Notes: a model not told the origin generated them from the sequence alone. 64,000 bases of DNA from Ptychomitrium polyphyllum (GCA_973851085.1 OZ316775.1:21514001-21578000); one strand, 5' to 3'. Positions 15,050 to 29,137 are shown, numbered from the stretch's first letter. Numbers and translations are program-made.

Positions 15050-15113
15050 TTCTCACCTTCTCACCTTCTCACCTTCTCACCTTCTCACCTTCTCACCTTC
15101 TCACCTTCTCACC
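15050..15113 (+). repeat. Perfect tandem repeat (TTCTCACC)x8
   Basis: Read directly from the sequence: 64 bp, 8 identical units. Confidence 0.97.
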
Positions 15114-15119
15114 TTGAAA

Positions 15120-18100
15120 TTTTCCCCATAAAGAATAGTCCTTAATGTAGTTTTTTGACACAAGCACTAAAAATATCCTAATTTTGGGGGCTACTGGAGG
15201 GCTCTTAGCACCTTTGGCAAACTAAGGGTTGGCTTAGAGACTCACAATTAATTTCAGAGATATTCAATGTTTGAGACTTCCCAATCATATCCCATATTAT
15301 AACGACTTTTCATTGCTTCATCAAAGGACACAATTAAACATTTCTATGCTCATTTTTGTGGCAAAAAGAATTTTCGGATGAATTTTGCAAAACTTTTTCC
15401 TTCATAAAAGACTTCATATAAATACCTCTATTATTTAGATTGTACTTGATAGTAGCAACTTGATACTTGGGTAATACCCAAAAAAGTTTATAAACTCAAA
15501 AACTTTGAAATATACTCTAGGCTTCACATTGAAATTATGCATGGATGGTAGATTCAAAACACTTACTTAATGTATCAAAAAAAGTAATTCGAACAATAAA
15601 GAAAAAAAATTGAGCACATTGAAAGTTGAAAAAATATTTAGAATTAATTGAGGAAATATTGTTGTTTTAGTAAACTTGAGTTTCACATTTTAACAATTAG
15701 CATCTCATTCATCTATCTGTTTATACAATTTTGTTATACAAATTCCATTTCATATATTCTGATGCTACAATTGAAATCTTCAAAAAAATTATTCATGTAC
15801 TACATTTGCCCTATTGACATGCAACACCTATTTCATATATTGTTGTCCCTCTCTAATATGATAGATTTGGAAACAAAATCAAACAAACCTAAACCTTATG
15901 ATTTGTATTCCTAATACTTTTTTATGCATTTATTTCTAAAATTGTCAAATGGAAAAACAATTTTAAAGTTGAACTTATACTTTATCAACTTCTTAAACTT
16001 TGATAAGTTTTTAGGCAACCGGTTTTCAAGTTTTACAATTAAAAGTAAATTTCAAGATTTCTTGAAGATTTTCTTAATAAACAGCTTGTGTTTTTATGAA
16101 AATGATATTTGAATTTAAGCTAATAATTGTGATTTAAAAGTTTTGGATTATATGCATGAAAGGAAAGGGCCAAAGGCTTCTGTCTGAGCAAACAGCTTGT
16201 ACCAATATGTCATCAATTTGAAGGCTTGAACATATGGCCTTGAAACACAGGTTTATATTCAAAATGATTCCAAAGTAGAGATTTTTTGAGTAACCTTGTT
16301 AAAATATCAAAATTTCTACTTTTATCTTTTGAAAACAAAATACGTTTTTCATGTGCTTAGTAATTCCTAACCTTGGTTACAATGATACGTATTATTAAGT
16401 TGTAGATTTTTTTTAATAAATTCAAGTTTAAATTGTTGCATATTACATAAATTGATTATTTAATATAAGAAATTTTATATTATTTTAAGTATTTTGCATA
16501 GTACATCATTTAATAGTGTAGATTCATTAATTGTTTGATCTTTACTCTAAATTGTACTAATTGTTCAACATTGAATATTAAAAAAGCATTATTTACAAAA
16601 TCCATTATAAATATTGAAGTCTAATATGAAATGATATACATTAAATTTTCAAGGTATTATTTTGCATCAATGAAAAGGTTTTAAAAGTATAATAATATAA
16701 TGCATTCTTTATTCCATGTAATCTCTACACATATTTTATTACCAATTAATAACCAAATTCTATGGTCATACATTAAATAGGCTAGGTTTTAAACTTATGT
16801 AGCAAGGTCTTAAGGAATTATGTCAATGGCATGAAAATGTTGTTCAAAGGCCATTTTGAAGCCACGCACAAGTTTAAAATGCATGCATAGGTACATATTA
16901 TATATTAATATTCAAATATATGTATATTGTTGTTATAAAAAGAAACCTTTGTTCTTCTTTTTATATCATAATAATCTAATTCTTATTTTTTGTTTGTAAA
17001 AAAAATTCTTTTAATTTGGCAAAACAAACCAATAATTTCATAATATATAAATTACATATGTAAAAAAGGTTAATAAATAATGTGAGCAGTTTATAATGTA
17101 TTCTAGATTTTAATTTCTAAACTATAAACTTTATACTTTCCAATAACTTCAAATAATTTTCATTACCTTTTACTTATTTTGGAAAACTTTCTAAGAAGAT
17201 TCTATAGACTGTGAAAACAATCTATATTTTTATAGGAAGTTTCTTTGAAAGCATCTTAAAAAGTATAAAGCTTCATATTATAAGAAAAAATGTAAGATGA
17301 TGTACTCTTTAGTTTCTTTAATGCAAGCTATAAAATACATCCATAGAATTCCCTTGTTTGTAGTTCTTGCATCAATTCTTATTATCCAATAGCCAATTGG
17401 AATTTAATTATTGAAACTATTTTTTCTTTGTTTTCTTATTTTTTGTATTCCTTACATTAAGGTCTACTAACTTGGTGGTTTACCAAGACCATGGTTAGGA
17501 ATTATTACCGAGTATCATCTTTTTTCAAAGAAAATTTTGAAATTATTTTGAATGTTATTTATTTTTAAACTAAAAATTGTAGCAAACTCAAATTCCTAAT
17601 AATATTTTTTGATCCAAAAGAATCATTTATGAACATTGTTACTTGTCATAATAGACATTATATTTATGAACACTATAAAAGAAGATTTTATAATTATAGA
17701 TGTATGTGAAAATTCATGAAAAGTTGTGAACATGAATGATGGTTAATGTCATTTAATGGTAGTGATGAAAGGTTGATACATAATATTTATTTGTTCAATG
17801 GAGCTTCATAATAAAATTAGAGATATTATTAGTATTGAAACATTAATTGTTTGGTTTGTATGGACCAATTACAGAATTTAACCTGCACTAAAGTGTTTGG
17901 AGTAAAGATTGTGCAATAAAATAATTTCAAAACATTATTCCAAACTTATTAGTTTCTATTTGCAATCTGTTTTATTCAATTTTCTTTAATGTTATGTATA
18001 TCAAATGCTAGTTTATGCAATAAAATTTAATTAAAGCACTTTTTAAAGTATAATGGGTTGACATTGAAGTCTTTTTTTTAAAATCAAGGAACAATATAGG

Positions 18101-21100
18101 ATTTTTGAAATTAAACATTTACAAAAAGGTTGTTGGTACATAAAGGGTAGAAGAAATGCAAATACTTCTTCCAAAAATGGATTCTATTGCATGAAAATAT
18201 ACGCTTAAGAAGTGTCCTTAATTTAAGGAATTCTTTAATAAAGCTTCCATAAGTAGCAAAGATGTTGTAATTGATATCTTAGCTTCAATTCAAAGCAGAT
18301 GTGCGTGATGCAACCTTAAAAAAAAACTTTGAGATTTATAAGGCATTCTTAGATCCAATTAAATTAAAAAGCTAATTCCTTCCATTTATAATACACCAGC
18401 TTGCACAAGGTTTCAAATTAAATGAAGATGATTTTAACAAGGAGATTTTAAAGCCTAGTGAGTCTAATTTTTATTGTCATTCATTCTTTCATTAAAGTAT
18501 TAATGATTATAGTATTGCATCAAAAGCCATTTTATATTATGGGCCTAAGGCACTATTTTAATGATTGTAAAAATACTTTTAATCAAATGGTTTTTGTGCC
18601 CACTTTCTAAAAGCCTTATTTGCTAAGGGAATATACAAAGAATAGTGCATAAAATTAAGATTATGAGTGTAACCTAGATAATTTCACCACTCCAAGAATT
18701 TACTTGATTTAGGAATTTTGATATTTATAGATGATAGTACCAAGGAAAACAATGGATCTTTTTGTTTACAAATCTTTGAGTATTAGACTATTACATATTA
18801 GGCTTGGTATTATTTGATTTTTGAGCTTACCTAAATCAAATTTACTTTTTGTTGGTTATTACTACAATTTCTTGCAGTATTAGCATTTTACACATTCATT
18901 CTAGTTGTTCTTTCAACTTATAGCGACCATTTCTAAATATGAAATGGTTAATAGCCTTGTTCTCAAGATAGAAATAATTCTCAAGTTATCTCTACTTATT
19001 TTTGTTGTTGTTATTAGTAAATGCCTAAACAAATGTCCCTTAATTTGTGATGCTTTAATTTATGATGGACCCATAACAATAGGTGCAATGAAAAAATTTC
19101 CAACAAATGTTTTCTTGTAACAGATTCTGCTCCTACAATGACATTTTTTAAAATCTTCAATATTTTAGATTCAAAATTTGAAATTTTCATATACTTATAA
19201 ACTCACTGATGATGCTAGAGAGTTGGCAGTCCAAGATTTTGACAAGACAAGAGCTGGTGTAGAATGACCTCAGCTTCCATGGTGACTGGCAGGCCAAGAT
19301 GGGTTCCATAACTGCCTTTACCACTGATGGTGTAATGTCACTTCCCCCTGGCTTAGAGTGGAACTCCATTTTTCTTTTGGCAACCGAACATACTGTTCCA
19401 CTTGTTTCAAAAACGAAAATATAAAAACTCGCATTATCTGGACATGAAGGACCAATGGTACTTCAAAGTTTGTTCCAAAGCTTTCAATAGTAAACAGCAC
19501 GTAGCCTGAGCTTTCTGAGTCACAACACTTTTGATAAATAAGACTTGTTTTGTTTTCAAGTCACTATTGTATTGCAAGTATGCTATTTACTGATCCCCTC
19601 TTTAATATAACATTAGAGCTACTCCTTCAGTCTTTTCCAAAGAGGGAAGTTTTGTAAAATAAAAATTTATGCTCAATTTTGTTGTAAAATCAAGTAAAAC
19701 ATGTCTTTCAAAGTATGTTTCAATGGACTAACAAAGGACTTTTATGATCTTGGGGCCTGGTTGGAGAGTCTCAAACCTTGGGCCTCTCCAAACTTAGCTA
19801 AATTTCCACAATGTAACTCCTTTGTTTGTCTTAAGTATCCAAAGATCTTTTTATTACTTCCCTAAATTTGGAATGCCCTATGGTTTGTATCATGAATTGT
19901 TGGAAAGTATCATTTATGAAGAAAACATATCCAAAAAATACAAGGTGAGAGAGTTTTTTTTAGATAGATAGCACTATTTTTGAGACAAAAAAAATATTGT
20001 ACCATCAGGGTGTTGTATTATTAAATATAATTCATAAAGAATTCTCACTACTTTTGTTTAGTTTTTATATGATTCTTGTTTCATAAAGATCAAATATGTT
20101 TATTTAGTCCAAATTTTTATCATTATTATATGAAACATAATCATATTATTTCTATAATATAACAAAATGGAATTTACAAATATTACATCATTGTATGTTG
20201 TATGCATGTACATTATAAATAAAGGTTTGATTAAAAAAATTGGATTGACCAAGATTTATTGTAAAATTGAGGTTATTGTATAGAGGGTGTTGTATCAACA
20301 AGAGTAGATTCTAAATATATATATTAAAATAAAAGTTATTAATTTGGCAGTTTAAAATATGAAAATGAATAATGACATTAGATTAATGAGGCAAGTGAGA
20401 TATAGTAAAAAAGCTATCGATGGAAAGAAAAAATAATGAAGAAAAAAATAATATTAGAAATATGGTAAGTGCTTTTTTGTTTATATAAACAAATATTAAA
20501 ATTCAATAACTTAAAAGGAAGTATATTCTTATTCATGAAGATAACAACTTATATTGGCCAAGTTTGGATACAAATTGATACTTATATTGAACAAATTATG
20601 CTAGAAAGCGCTTTTCATCAAAAATAAGAGCTTTGCTATTGCTTATAAACAATCTTCTTAAGAATCAATATAATAAAATAGGAACCAATTTTTTATTTTT
20701 CTAAATTAAATGCATATTTTTAGTTAAATACATTTGGAGGAATACAAGAATATGAAATAAATTTATGTCTATTTTTGAATTTGTAAGATACCTTCTATTG
20801 CATGAATAAGAATATACATCAACGAAGTTCAAACATGGAGGTAATTTTTTTTTTCCATAACTAAAGATTTGATTAGTTGAGTTTGGTTTAATGGCAAAAT
20901 TGTTCATTTCAAACATTTGAAAGATTTTTTGGCCTCTGACGATGTTTTGATGTTGGGCGTGTCCAAAATGTCTCCTCCATTAGTACTCAAAATATATTTG
21001 TAATTTTTTTTATCGCCATACTAATCATTTTAATTTGGATGGAGGAAAACATATCAAGTTAGAGGTAGACGGACAAAGGTACAAATTGGGCACGTTTGTC

Positions 21101-21200
21101 CTTGGACAATGACCTAAAATATCTTTATCAATCCAAATAAACTCCAAAATTGGCAACTTGAGATAATTAGTTATGTGCAAACCTTTAGTAAAACCTAAAA
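15120..21200. other. AT-rich intergenic block, probably old transposon debris
   Basis: Very low GC, no credible ORFs, and it includes an LTR-like remnant. The family is not identifiable by eye. Confidence 0.45.
17081..17456 (+). mobile_element. Highly degenerate solo LTR related to LTR type B of the gypsy nest
   Basis: Contains ttctaagaagattctatagac...ataggaagtttctttgaaagcatc, resembling the LTR copies at 26889-27200 and 38372-38790. Approximate TG...CA ends. Confidence 0.45.
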
Positions 21201-21699
21201 GTTAATTGACAATTTCAACATTGATGGATGGTCTACATGTAGACAACTGGACCAGCATCTGGCAGACGTGCAGACACAACCTTGATTGGTGAAAATTAAC
21301 TTTAAGAAAGTCTAGTTTTCCACATATACAGTGATTCCAAAACAAATCTACCTTTGCTTCAAAAGCACATTAATTCTCTAAAGCAATCTGGCAGCTACTT
21401 ATGTGTCCTTTGTATGTAGTACTTCTTTCATGAGCAAATTCCTGAAGGCAAACATTGATAAGGTGAAATTTACATACAGTAACTGGTCACTGTGGAAGTG
21501 ATAAGTAACTTTAATGACATGTTTCTAAGTTTTCCAAGATCTTTTATTGTTTTAAATCAAAGCTAAATAGTAAGGTACGTACATGTCAGGAATAGTATTT
21601 TCAATGTTGTGAGTGGAATAGGGTCAATTTCTCCTCAAGTCTTGCTTCATTTGGTGGAAGATTCACCCTCACTATCTCTTCTCAAGACACAACTCTGGG

Positions 21700-22930
21700 T
21701 ACAGGAGCAGGGTATCAGGAATGTAAGCTTCAGCTTTGATTCTTTGAGTCAGTCTATTTAGTTCACTGTAGATCTCTGTTTTGCATCTGAGTGTAATGGA
21801 TATTGCTATGCACTTCAATCCAGCTATGCCCTAACTCCTAGCATATATGTCTCTCCTGCATGATACTGCGCACCAATGACAATTCTTCCCAGCTACAGCA
21901 TAAATACTGGAAATTAGCACATATATACCAGCGTGATAAGCAGTGAGATTGGCAAATTCCAAAGCAGAAATCTAGTTCCCTCAGTATGGCCAATTCCACA
22001 AGCATCCAGCAAGGCTCCCCAAGTTGATTCACCTGGTTCGATTGACATGTCAGTATTGAAGAGCTTTACTTGCCCAAGACAATCCATTATGCATGCACAA
22101 TGCAACACAGTAGGTTTGATGCCAGAATATTGTGACAATGTCAGGAGTGGGCAGCCTTCATCAGCAGCGCCTGCTGCCACAAAAAAGTACCCATTGAGTT
22201 TCAGGCCATCTGCATTCATTTCCCCATATTACTCCCAGTCTTCTTGCCCATGAATATGTGTGCAAATCCATGAATCATTGTGGTCTACTGGATGACATTG
22301 CATTCCTTCATCACATTTCAGAAAACAAGATTTTGATTCATCTCGCTAAGTTGCCATGCCTCCTTTGCATACACCTCAAGGATGCCAGTTTCTACACACA
22401 CATTATATTCAATGCCATCATGTCTGATGTTGAGCACCATGTTAGAACTTCAACTTGATAAATGTAAAAATCTAGGGATTCCTTGCTGCAGAGTCCAGAC
22501 AAGCAATTGCTTCATCTGTGCAGTGCTTGTCATAACCCAAACAGGGTAATGAAAGAAGTCACTACTCTTCTGTGCTGTTGCACTAACTTCACACACCAGC
22601 AAAAAGCCTGTACAGCAAATGCTGTCTGCAATTCAACTCCTAAGATACGGATCCACAAAGCACTCCCACAGGCTTTGATTCTTTTTGCTCACCCTGCCTG
22701 GACCCATGCAGACCAATTGACCAGTTCTAAGAAGAGACTAATACTCCAAATCAATTGTCCAATCAAAAAGCAATTTTGCATTCTCTTACAATTGGATATT
22801 GTCATTAATGAAGCTGGCGTCTGTCGACTTCAGCTCCACAACCCTAGATCACATGAAGATTTTATGACAGTAGCCCCCAGGGCTAATGCGAGGACTAACT
22901 CTGTTGGTCAGCCCGACTTAGACTAGAAAG
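21700..22930 (-). pseudogene. Decayed PLS-class pentatricopeptide repeat gene with E and E+/DYW-proximal domains
   Basis: Fragments EMNADGLKLNGYFFV, AGAADEG...GIKPTVLHCACIMDCLG, MSIEPGESTWGALLDAC (E domain) and TEIYSELNRLTQRIKAEAYIPDT (21779-21711, E+/start of DYW). Many stops and frameshifts. Confidence 0.8.
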
Positions 22931-25900
22931 CTACAGTAGGTGGGAATAGCCCTCCAGCAAATCTAAGTTTTGTGAGGCACTTTTCAAAGAAGAACTGGTG
23001 GAAACCCGTCTTACATATGAAAGCGAGTGCACTCGTCTGGACGAGAGGGCGCTTGACAAAACTGTTGCAATCTCAAAGGTCTTCTCATCCTTGCCGGTTA
23101 CGTAAAAATGGTACAATTGCAACACTAGTGCGAGTGCAAGCTCCTCTTGTCCATATTACAGGTCAGTTGTTGTTCAATCAATTCTTGGCTTGCTTGTGAT
23201 TCCTTTGAAAATTTTCTCATTGTGGGATTGCACAAAATCACATGGTTGCACCAGCATGTATTCATAGGTTCAAATTTTGAAGAAGCATTTAACAGCTGTA
23301 ATATTTATCTTACTTTATGCTGGTAGAATGTACAATTATGCAGCTGAGGTTTGAGTTTTGGGGGTTCAAGGTTTATTCGGTTCTGTGAGATTTGTCAAGG
23401 TTTTGTTTTTTATTGCGAATGGGAGGGCTCATGATGGTGATAAGCAGATTGTAAGTTTCAGTCCATCGACAGGGTGGAAATTTCCTGCATTTGTTGGGGC
23501 CAATTGGGTCATATTTTGTGGGTTCAAACGATATTTTTTTAAACGTGAGCTTTGTTGCCTTCGGTTCAATGTGGTAATGCAAATGAGATCCAGTGTTGTG
23601 TTAATTGAACCATTCTATTTCACTGCCGCAGGTGTAATTCAATTAGTAGCTAAGTCCAACCTTTCTGACTCAAGTTTAAAGGTGGAACGGTCATGTACTC
23701 AATTGCTGTGACATGTGAGGCTTTTTGTACAAAGTTTCTGGTGACTATGAGTATCTGTTGTTGTTTTGAACCTTTGGTTGTTAGGGGATCTGTGGACCCT
23801 CAGGTCTTGCTTGATGACTGCTCATCTTCTGCAGGTTCAATTTATACATACTACCCATCAACTTGCCCTTTGGTGGACTGCTGTAGCTTAACAATTATTC
23901 TCTCTCCTTTCATGTTTCTAGGAACTAGTTTTGAGCTTGTATTTGGTTTTAGTGCTAATATATAATTGGTTATCCGGTTGTGAACGCCAACTGTCCTTTC
24001 TTCATTATATTCTACACACACTCTAGTTTCTTCAACTTCTAGCATATGATTTTAAATTTTGAAGAAGTGCTTGCAGAATTAATGCAAGGGGACGAGAACT
24101 AGGAAATCGTGCACCAAGATCTCACTGCCTGGAAAGGTGACCTTGCCAGTAATAAGAATGTGCATTGCGGAGGCAAGAGAGAGAACAAAGCACCATGCAA
24201 TAGGATGCCACCAGCAAGCACATGAAAGCCAGAGGCGTCTTATCTGTCTTCAAACCAGAGAAGCTCTTCAATAAGCCGTTTGCCAGCAGGGGCTTTCTCC
24301 AGCTCGTTCTTTCCTGACTCCATCAGCCCTGAGGTGCTTACCGAGAGAATGACCATCAAGCTCCAGCTTCGGAACAGCACTGCCTGATCAAAACGGTGAG
24401 GACAATTTCGGCTCAACTTTGGGGGCTGGGTTACCATATTATATGTACACTACCACCACTTTGTGCATCTTAACAGCTTTCGATATGTTCAACTTCACAA
24501 GTTTGTTAAATAGAACTGTTGCCTCTAAGTTAGCACTTACTACATTTAAAGCGTACCTAATGAGTAGGAGAAGCTACAGCTTTCTCATTGTGCGCTTTGG
24601 TACTGATGCCACTATAAACATTGCTCATCGTCGACTTGCCTCTTGGAGGAGCTAGCAGGAATTCTCGCAATGAATTAGTGCCAGTTTCTGAGTTAGTCCT
24701 ACTTGGAGAGAGCGAAACAGATCTTAGCCCAGAAGGCTCTTACATGCTGTCCGCTAGTGTAGAGTTCAAGGTTTGTTAGTTTTTAAGGGTCGCCTTACAC
24801 CTTCACTCATCACCCACAAGAGGAGATATTTACCATATTTTAATATGATGTTTAAGTTCAAGATCAAAATTTTCAAGTTCTACCCTAAGATTTTACACCT
24901 TATTTCATTGTTCATAGAAGGAGTAATTTGAAGATGGATGAAAAAATGAGTTTGCCTACCAATATGGCAATAATTGTTGTGGAAAAGTCTTTTTCCATTG
25001 ATTAATCTAGGAAGTGCTTTTGAAATGATGACCTAAAAGTTGGCCAATGAAAAAAAAATTTCCAGTTTAATTATTTTGATGCCCTTCCATCTTTTCTTGT
25101 GGATCATCTTTTGTGTACAATACCTATATTTTAGGTGTTTTTTCTTTTTTGGTCTTTTGTAGGAAAAAGTATAAGGCAACCTCAAGACATATAGATTTTA
25201 TAGGCATGGTGCTAATGCTTAGATATAATGTAATAACTTTTATTAGAATAAATTACTATTATTGATATCTATTTAAAGAATATGTACTTTGAATAATTTC
25301 ATGAAATTTTTTGTAGGGAGTAGAAATTTTCATTCAAAATTAGGAAAAATAATTGTGTTAATAGAAGGTGAGTTGTTGTTGTATTCAATGAGTGGTGAAC
25401 AAAAAAATTTGCAATTTAAAAAAAAAATTGTTTGAAATTTAGGATAGATGAAATAATTATAATTGTAAATAATTGTGGATTTTATAAATTTGTTGCGCAT
25501 ACTTTCTTAAAATGCGGAATGTAAGATGATGCAAATTATTATAATTTTTTGGATACATCTATTCTTATAAATTAGTAATTTGATACTTTTTTAATTATTG
25601 TGAATTTTCATTTATATAGTTATCTTTTTCTATAGATCTTTATAATTATTCCTAATTTGATTTTGTTTACAAAATGTATCCTTTTGGAATGTTACAACCA
25701 TTTGGCAAAGCTTGACGTTTATCCAAGTTTTGCTTTATAAACTATTATAAACTTAATACTAAGCATTTTGGATATAAAGGATAGATAGCTAAAAATATTG
25801 ATAACATTAAATACAATTATTAATAGTTTATTATAAGCTAAGAATACTCAATATGTATAATCAATCTTAATTATATACTATTTTATACACCTAAAGTTTG

Positions 25901-26664
25901 ATTTATTAAAAATTTGCATAAATATTACTTTTTATTTCATGCTATTAGATTACAAGTCATCTAGTATAGATTATTGTATGGAAATGATTATTGTGGAGCT
26001 AAAAATTAGTCAAGGTTGGTATCAACTATATTTTTAATTCATAGTGATGGAAACTTTATTTTTAATGTTAATCACATTTCTTTTATTTTTTATAATAAAC
26101 CTTAAAGTATCTTAATATTTTAAAGTGTTCAACAATTGATAATAATTTATGTGATAAATTTTTTATATTAAAATAGACACCTTGTTTTTTTCTAAGTAAA
26201 ATAAAGTTAATTATAAATATTAAGAAGAGATTCTACAAACTTTTGTTCTTATAAAACTAAAAATTATTTCAAAAAAAAGAATTGCACCAAAGTCAATTTT
26301 AAAGCTACTATCTTTATACTTTTTGTAGTTTGATAAATGGTTGATACGCAATGATTATATCTTAGATAATGTTGATTCAAGTGTTGATATTTAGAATGAT
26401 CCATAAATAAGCAAAGCTAGCGCTTTAGCAAAAACATAAATCCACAATTTAGTGTATTGTACAAAAGATTAGACATATTTGGAAAGGTTTGATTAAAGAT
26501 TTGATATGAAGGTTTTTTAAAGCTAAGGTCTGTTAAGTAAATCATGACTCTTAGAAGAAGGTTTAATTTGAATTGAAGATCTATATGCTAAAAATATTGG
26601 TTTTTTTTTGTAAAATAAAAAACTATTTGAAAAGAAAAAGTTGAACATTCCACTATAAGAATAA

Positions 26665-26731
26665 AAGAGTGGTGGAAAAAAAAAAACAAGAGTGGTGGAA
26701 AAAAAAAAACAAGAGTGGTGGAGAAAAAGAA
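26665..26731 (+). repeat. 23-bp tandem repeat AAGAGTGGTGG-A11-C, ~3 copies
   Basis: Units start at 26665, 26688 and 26711. The third unit is degenerate. Confidence 0.9.
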
Positions 26732-26888
26732 CAGAAAGTTTTGTTATTATGATCTAGTTTCTAAAATACATGTAAATGAATTTTTAACAAAGTCCAATAA
26801 AGTTTATTATTTACAACTATTATCCATTGTATGAGACAAAATAAATATCTTTAGATTAGGTGGCTTAGAATCCTACATAAGAACTAGG

Positions 26889-27200
26889 TGTAATGAACAT
26901 AGATTATGGAATATATTATTTAGAATCTTTCAAAACCTTCTAATATATTGTAGTAGCTTCATAGAGTACCTTAAATGCAGCCATAATCATTCCACATCTT
27001 TGAAAAATTTCTTATGGATGGAAGTTTCTTAAGAAGATTCCATAGATTTCTAGAACATTCTTAAGCTTCATAAGAAGTTTTTTTAGAACTATTCTAAAAA
27101 ATACAAATGTCATGGGTGTAAATAGGAAGCAATACAAAATACACCTTAATTTTGCCAATACAAGTTATGGATCATATTGTGTTGTACGTTTATTCTTGGT
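26889..27200 (+). mobile_element. Truncated LTR type B (probable 5' LTR of the outer plus-strand element)
   Basis: Colinear with 38372-38790 and with the reverse complement of 33405-33944 (for example ctagaacattcttaagc and taaataggaagcaa). Cut off by LTR type A. Confidence 0.75.
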
Positions 27201-27585
27201 ATGGACAAAATAACGACAAGATAAGGCTTCAAGACTTCAAGATATGAAATAAGACATGTCCAAGGTATATTAGAAATAAAGAGTCATAATAAAGTACAAA
27301 GACAAGGCCAAAAAGTCTAAGTTAGACCATAAGAGATGCGTTGTCAAGATTGAAGATTCCTTTAGTCTTGGCTCTTATATATAATCAAACTACAAGCCTT
27401 AGAAGCTTCTTGAGAAGCTTCTAATACATTGGTTTATACTTAAGCAAGCTCAAGTTACATCCTTGGAAGCTTCCTAAGTTGTAAGAACTTCTTTAAAAAC
27501 TTTTTAAGTTATAATAATTTCCTAGAAAGCTTTCCAAATCTTCTTTGAATCTTTCTAGATGCTTCTAATATGTATGTCTGTGACA
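27200..27585 (-). mobile_element. LTR type A (3' LTR), preceded on the minus strand by polypurine tract AAGAAGGGAAGGTGA (27600-27586)
   Basis: Minus strand starts TGTCACAGACATAC right after the PPT. Colinear with 36270-36576 (gaagcttcttgagaa...agatgcttctaatatgtatgtc). Confidence 0.8.
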
Positions 27586-28988
27586 TCACCTTCCCTTCTT
27601 GCTCCGAGGTTTCCAAGGAGCATATTGCAATAAGTATTCAAAGTTGTAGGAAGTCAAAAATTTGTCATATGGTGTTCGCAACATACTCCAATTGTCTTTT
27701 ACAATTCAAATGGTTCATAGGTCTTTATAACCTTTCATAGTATCCAATGCCTTCTACTTGAGACCAAGCATAAACTTATGTATCTTTGTTGTCAAAGATT
27801 CCTTCAAACATTGCTTTTAAATAACCCTCGTAAGTTACTCTACTTCAAAGACAATCACCAACAATCTATTGTTAGGTATTCTTTCACACCTTCTTGGTCC
27901 AATTTGTTCTTTCTTATGAGGTTGTCAACAAAAGCTATTTGATCGAATTAACACCATTAATATGTGGTATCTACATCTTGGCTGTCAATATTTAATATAC
28001 CCAACTAATATTAAGAAACCATGATAAACCTCAAAATACAAAGGCCTAGACTTGACTTCATGTATGAAGTAACATATTCTGCTTGTTGTTCTTTGTCTAC
28101 TAATTCAATTGGTCCTTGCAAGAAACGCTGATGACCACCAGCTAAGACTTCTGTTGTTGAAATGTTTCATCCCAAGATCTGATCTTGATTAAGTCCTTCA
28201 AAACATCCTCCAAACAAGATCTCGGGTCCTCTAGGAATGGCTCTTCCAATTTCTAACAAGATGACTAGAGCACGAGCATCTGAATCAAGATTGGAATGTG
28301 AAGGGCGATTAGCCAATACTTCTGCACGAGGTTGTACTCGACGTTGGAATGTCCCTCTCACATCTTGGCTTAGATCCTTCGTTACCGAACGCTGAGAAAG
28401 TTGAGTTGGCTCAATAAATGCTGTTGTTGATGAAGGCATGGCCCATTGCTCTTCATGCATATCCATGATAACACGAGGATTTGACATCCTAGTTAGGATT
28501 TAGAAATGATCTATCTTGGAAATAATGCTACATACAATTGGAAGTTTGGATATCTCTCCTCCTTTCTAATACTTGTTCATGAAGGAAAAACTTCTCTGTA
28601 AAGTGAACGGCTACTGATGACACATCATCACTGACCTGGAATCTGGACATATCTTTGATAAAATTCGCATACCTTCTCGGATGCATTTGTAACATTTGTT
28701 GAAGGTTCCCATGTTTGGTCATTGATTCCATATCCTTGCCAATGTATAAGGTACTCCACACGTCCGTTCTTGGTGCGTGAATCTAAGATCTTTTCCACTT
28801 CATATTCAATTTCATTATTGATTTCCAGCAGAGGAGGCGGGAGGACAAATCTCTCTAGTATACATGATTTGTTATGGGTTTCCAACAACAATACGTCGAA
28901 TACTGGATGAATTTGCATGCTTGGTGGTAACTTTAGGTGATAACTAACTAGATTTATCTGTTTGCTGATTTCAAACGGTTCCAACTTT

Positions 28989-29137
28989 TGATAGTCCAAC
29001 TTCTTTAATGGTCTTTTTGTTTGTATATTTTGTTGTAGAAGCCATACGCTATTTTCAACCTTTGATAGTTCAACTTCTTTGACGGTCTTTTTGTTTGTAT
29101 ATTTCGTCGTAGAAGCCATACGCTATCTCCAACCTTG
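28989..29137. repeat. 74-bp imperfect tandem duplication inside the integrase C-terminus
   Basis: tgatagtccaacttcttt...gccatacgctattttcaacc at 28989 recurs at 29063 with several substitutions. Confidence 0.9.

Noticed and set aside
19187..19560. GC-richer island in the AT-rich block (RELAVQDFDKTRAGV)
   Set aside because: Only a vague resemblance to a dioxygenase N-terminus, immediately followed by stops.
24050..24720. Short ORFs such as ELEKAPAGKRLIEELLWFED
   Set aside because: No family recognised and no consistent exon structure.
26665..26731. Repeat array as a possible CRISPR
   Set aside because: Eukaryotic context, no unique spacers and no cas genes.
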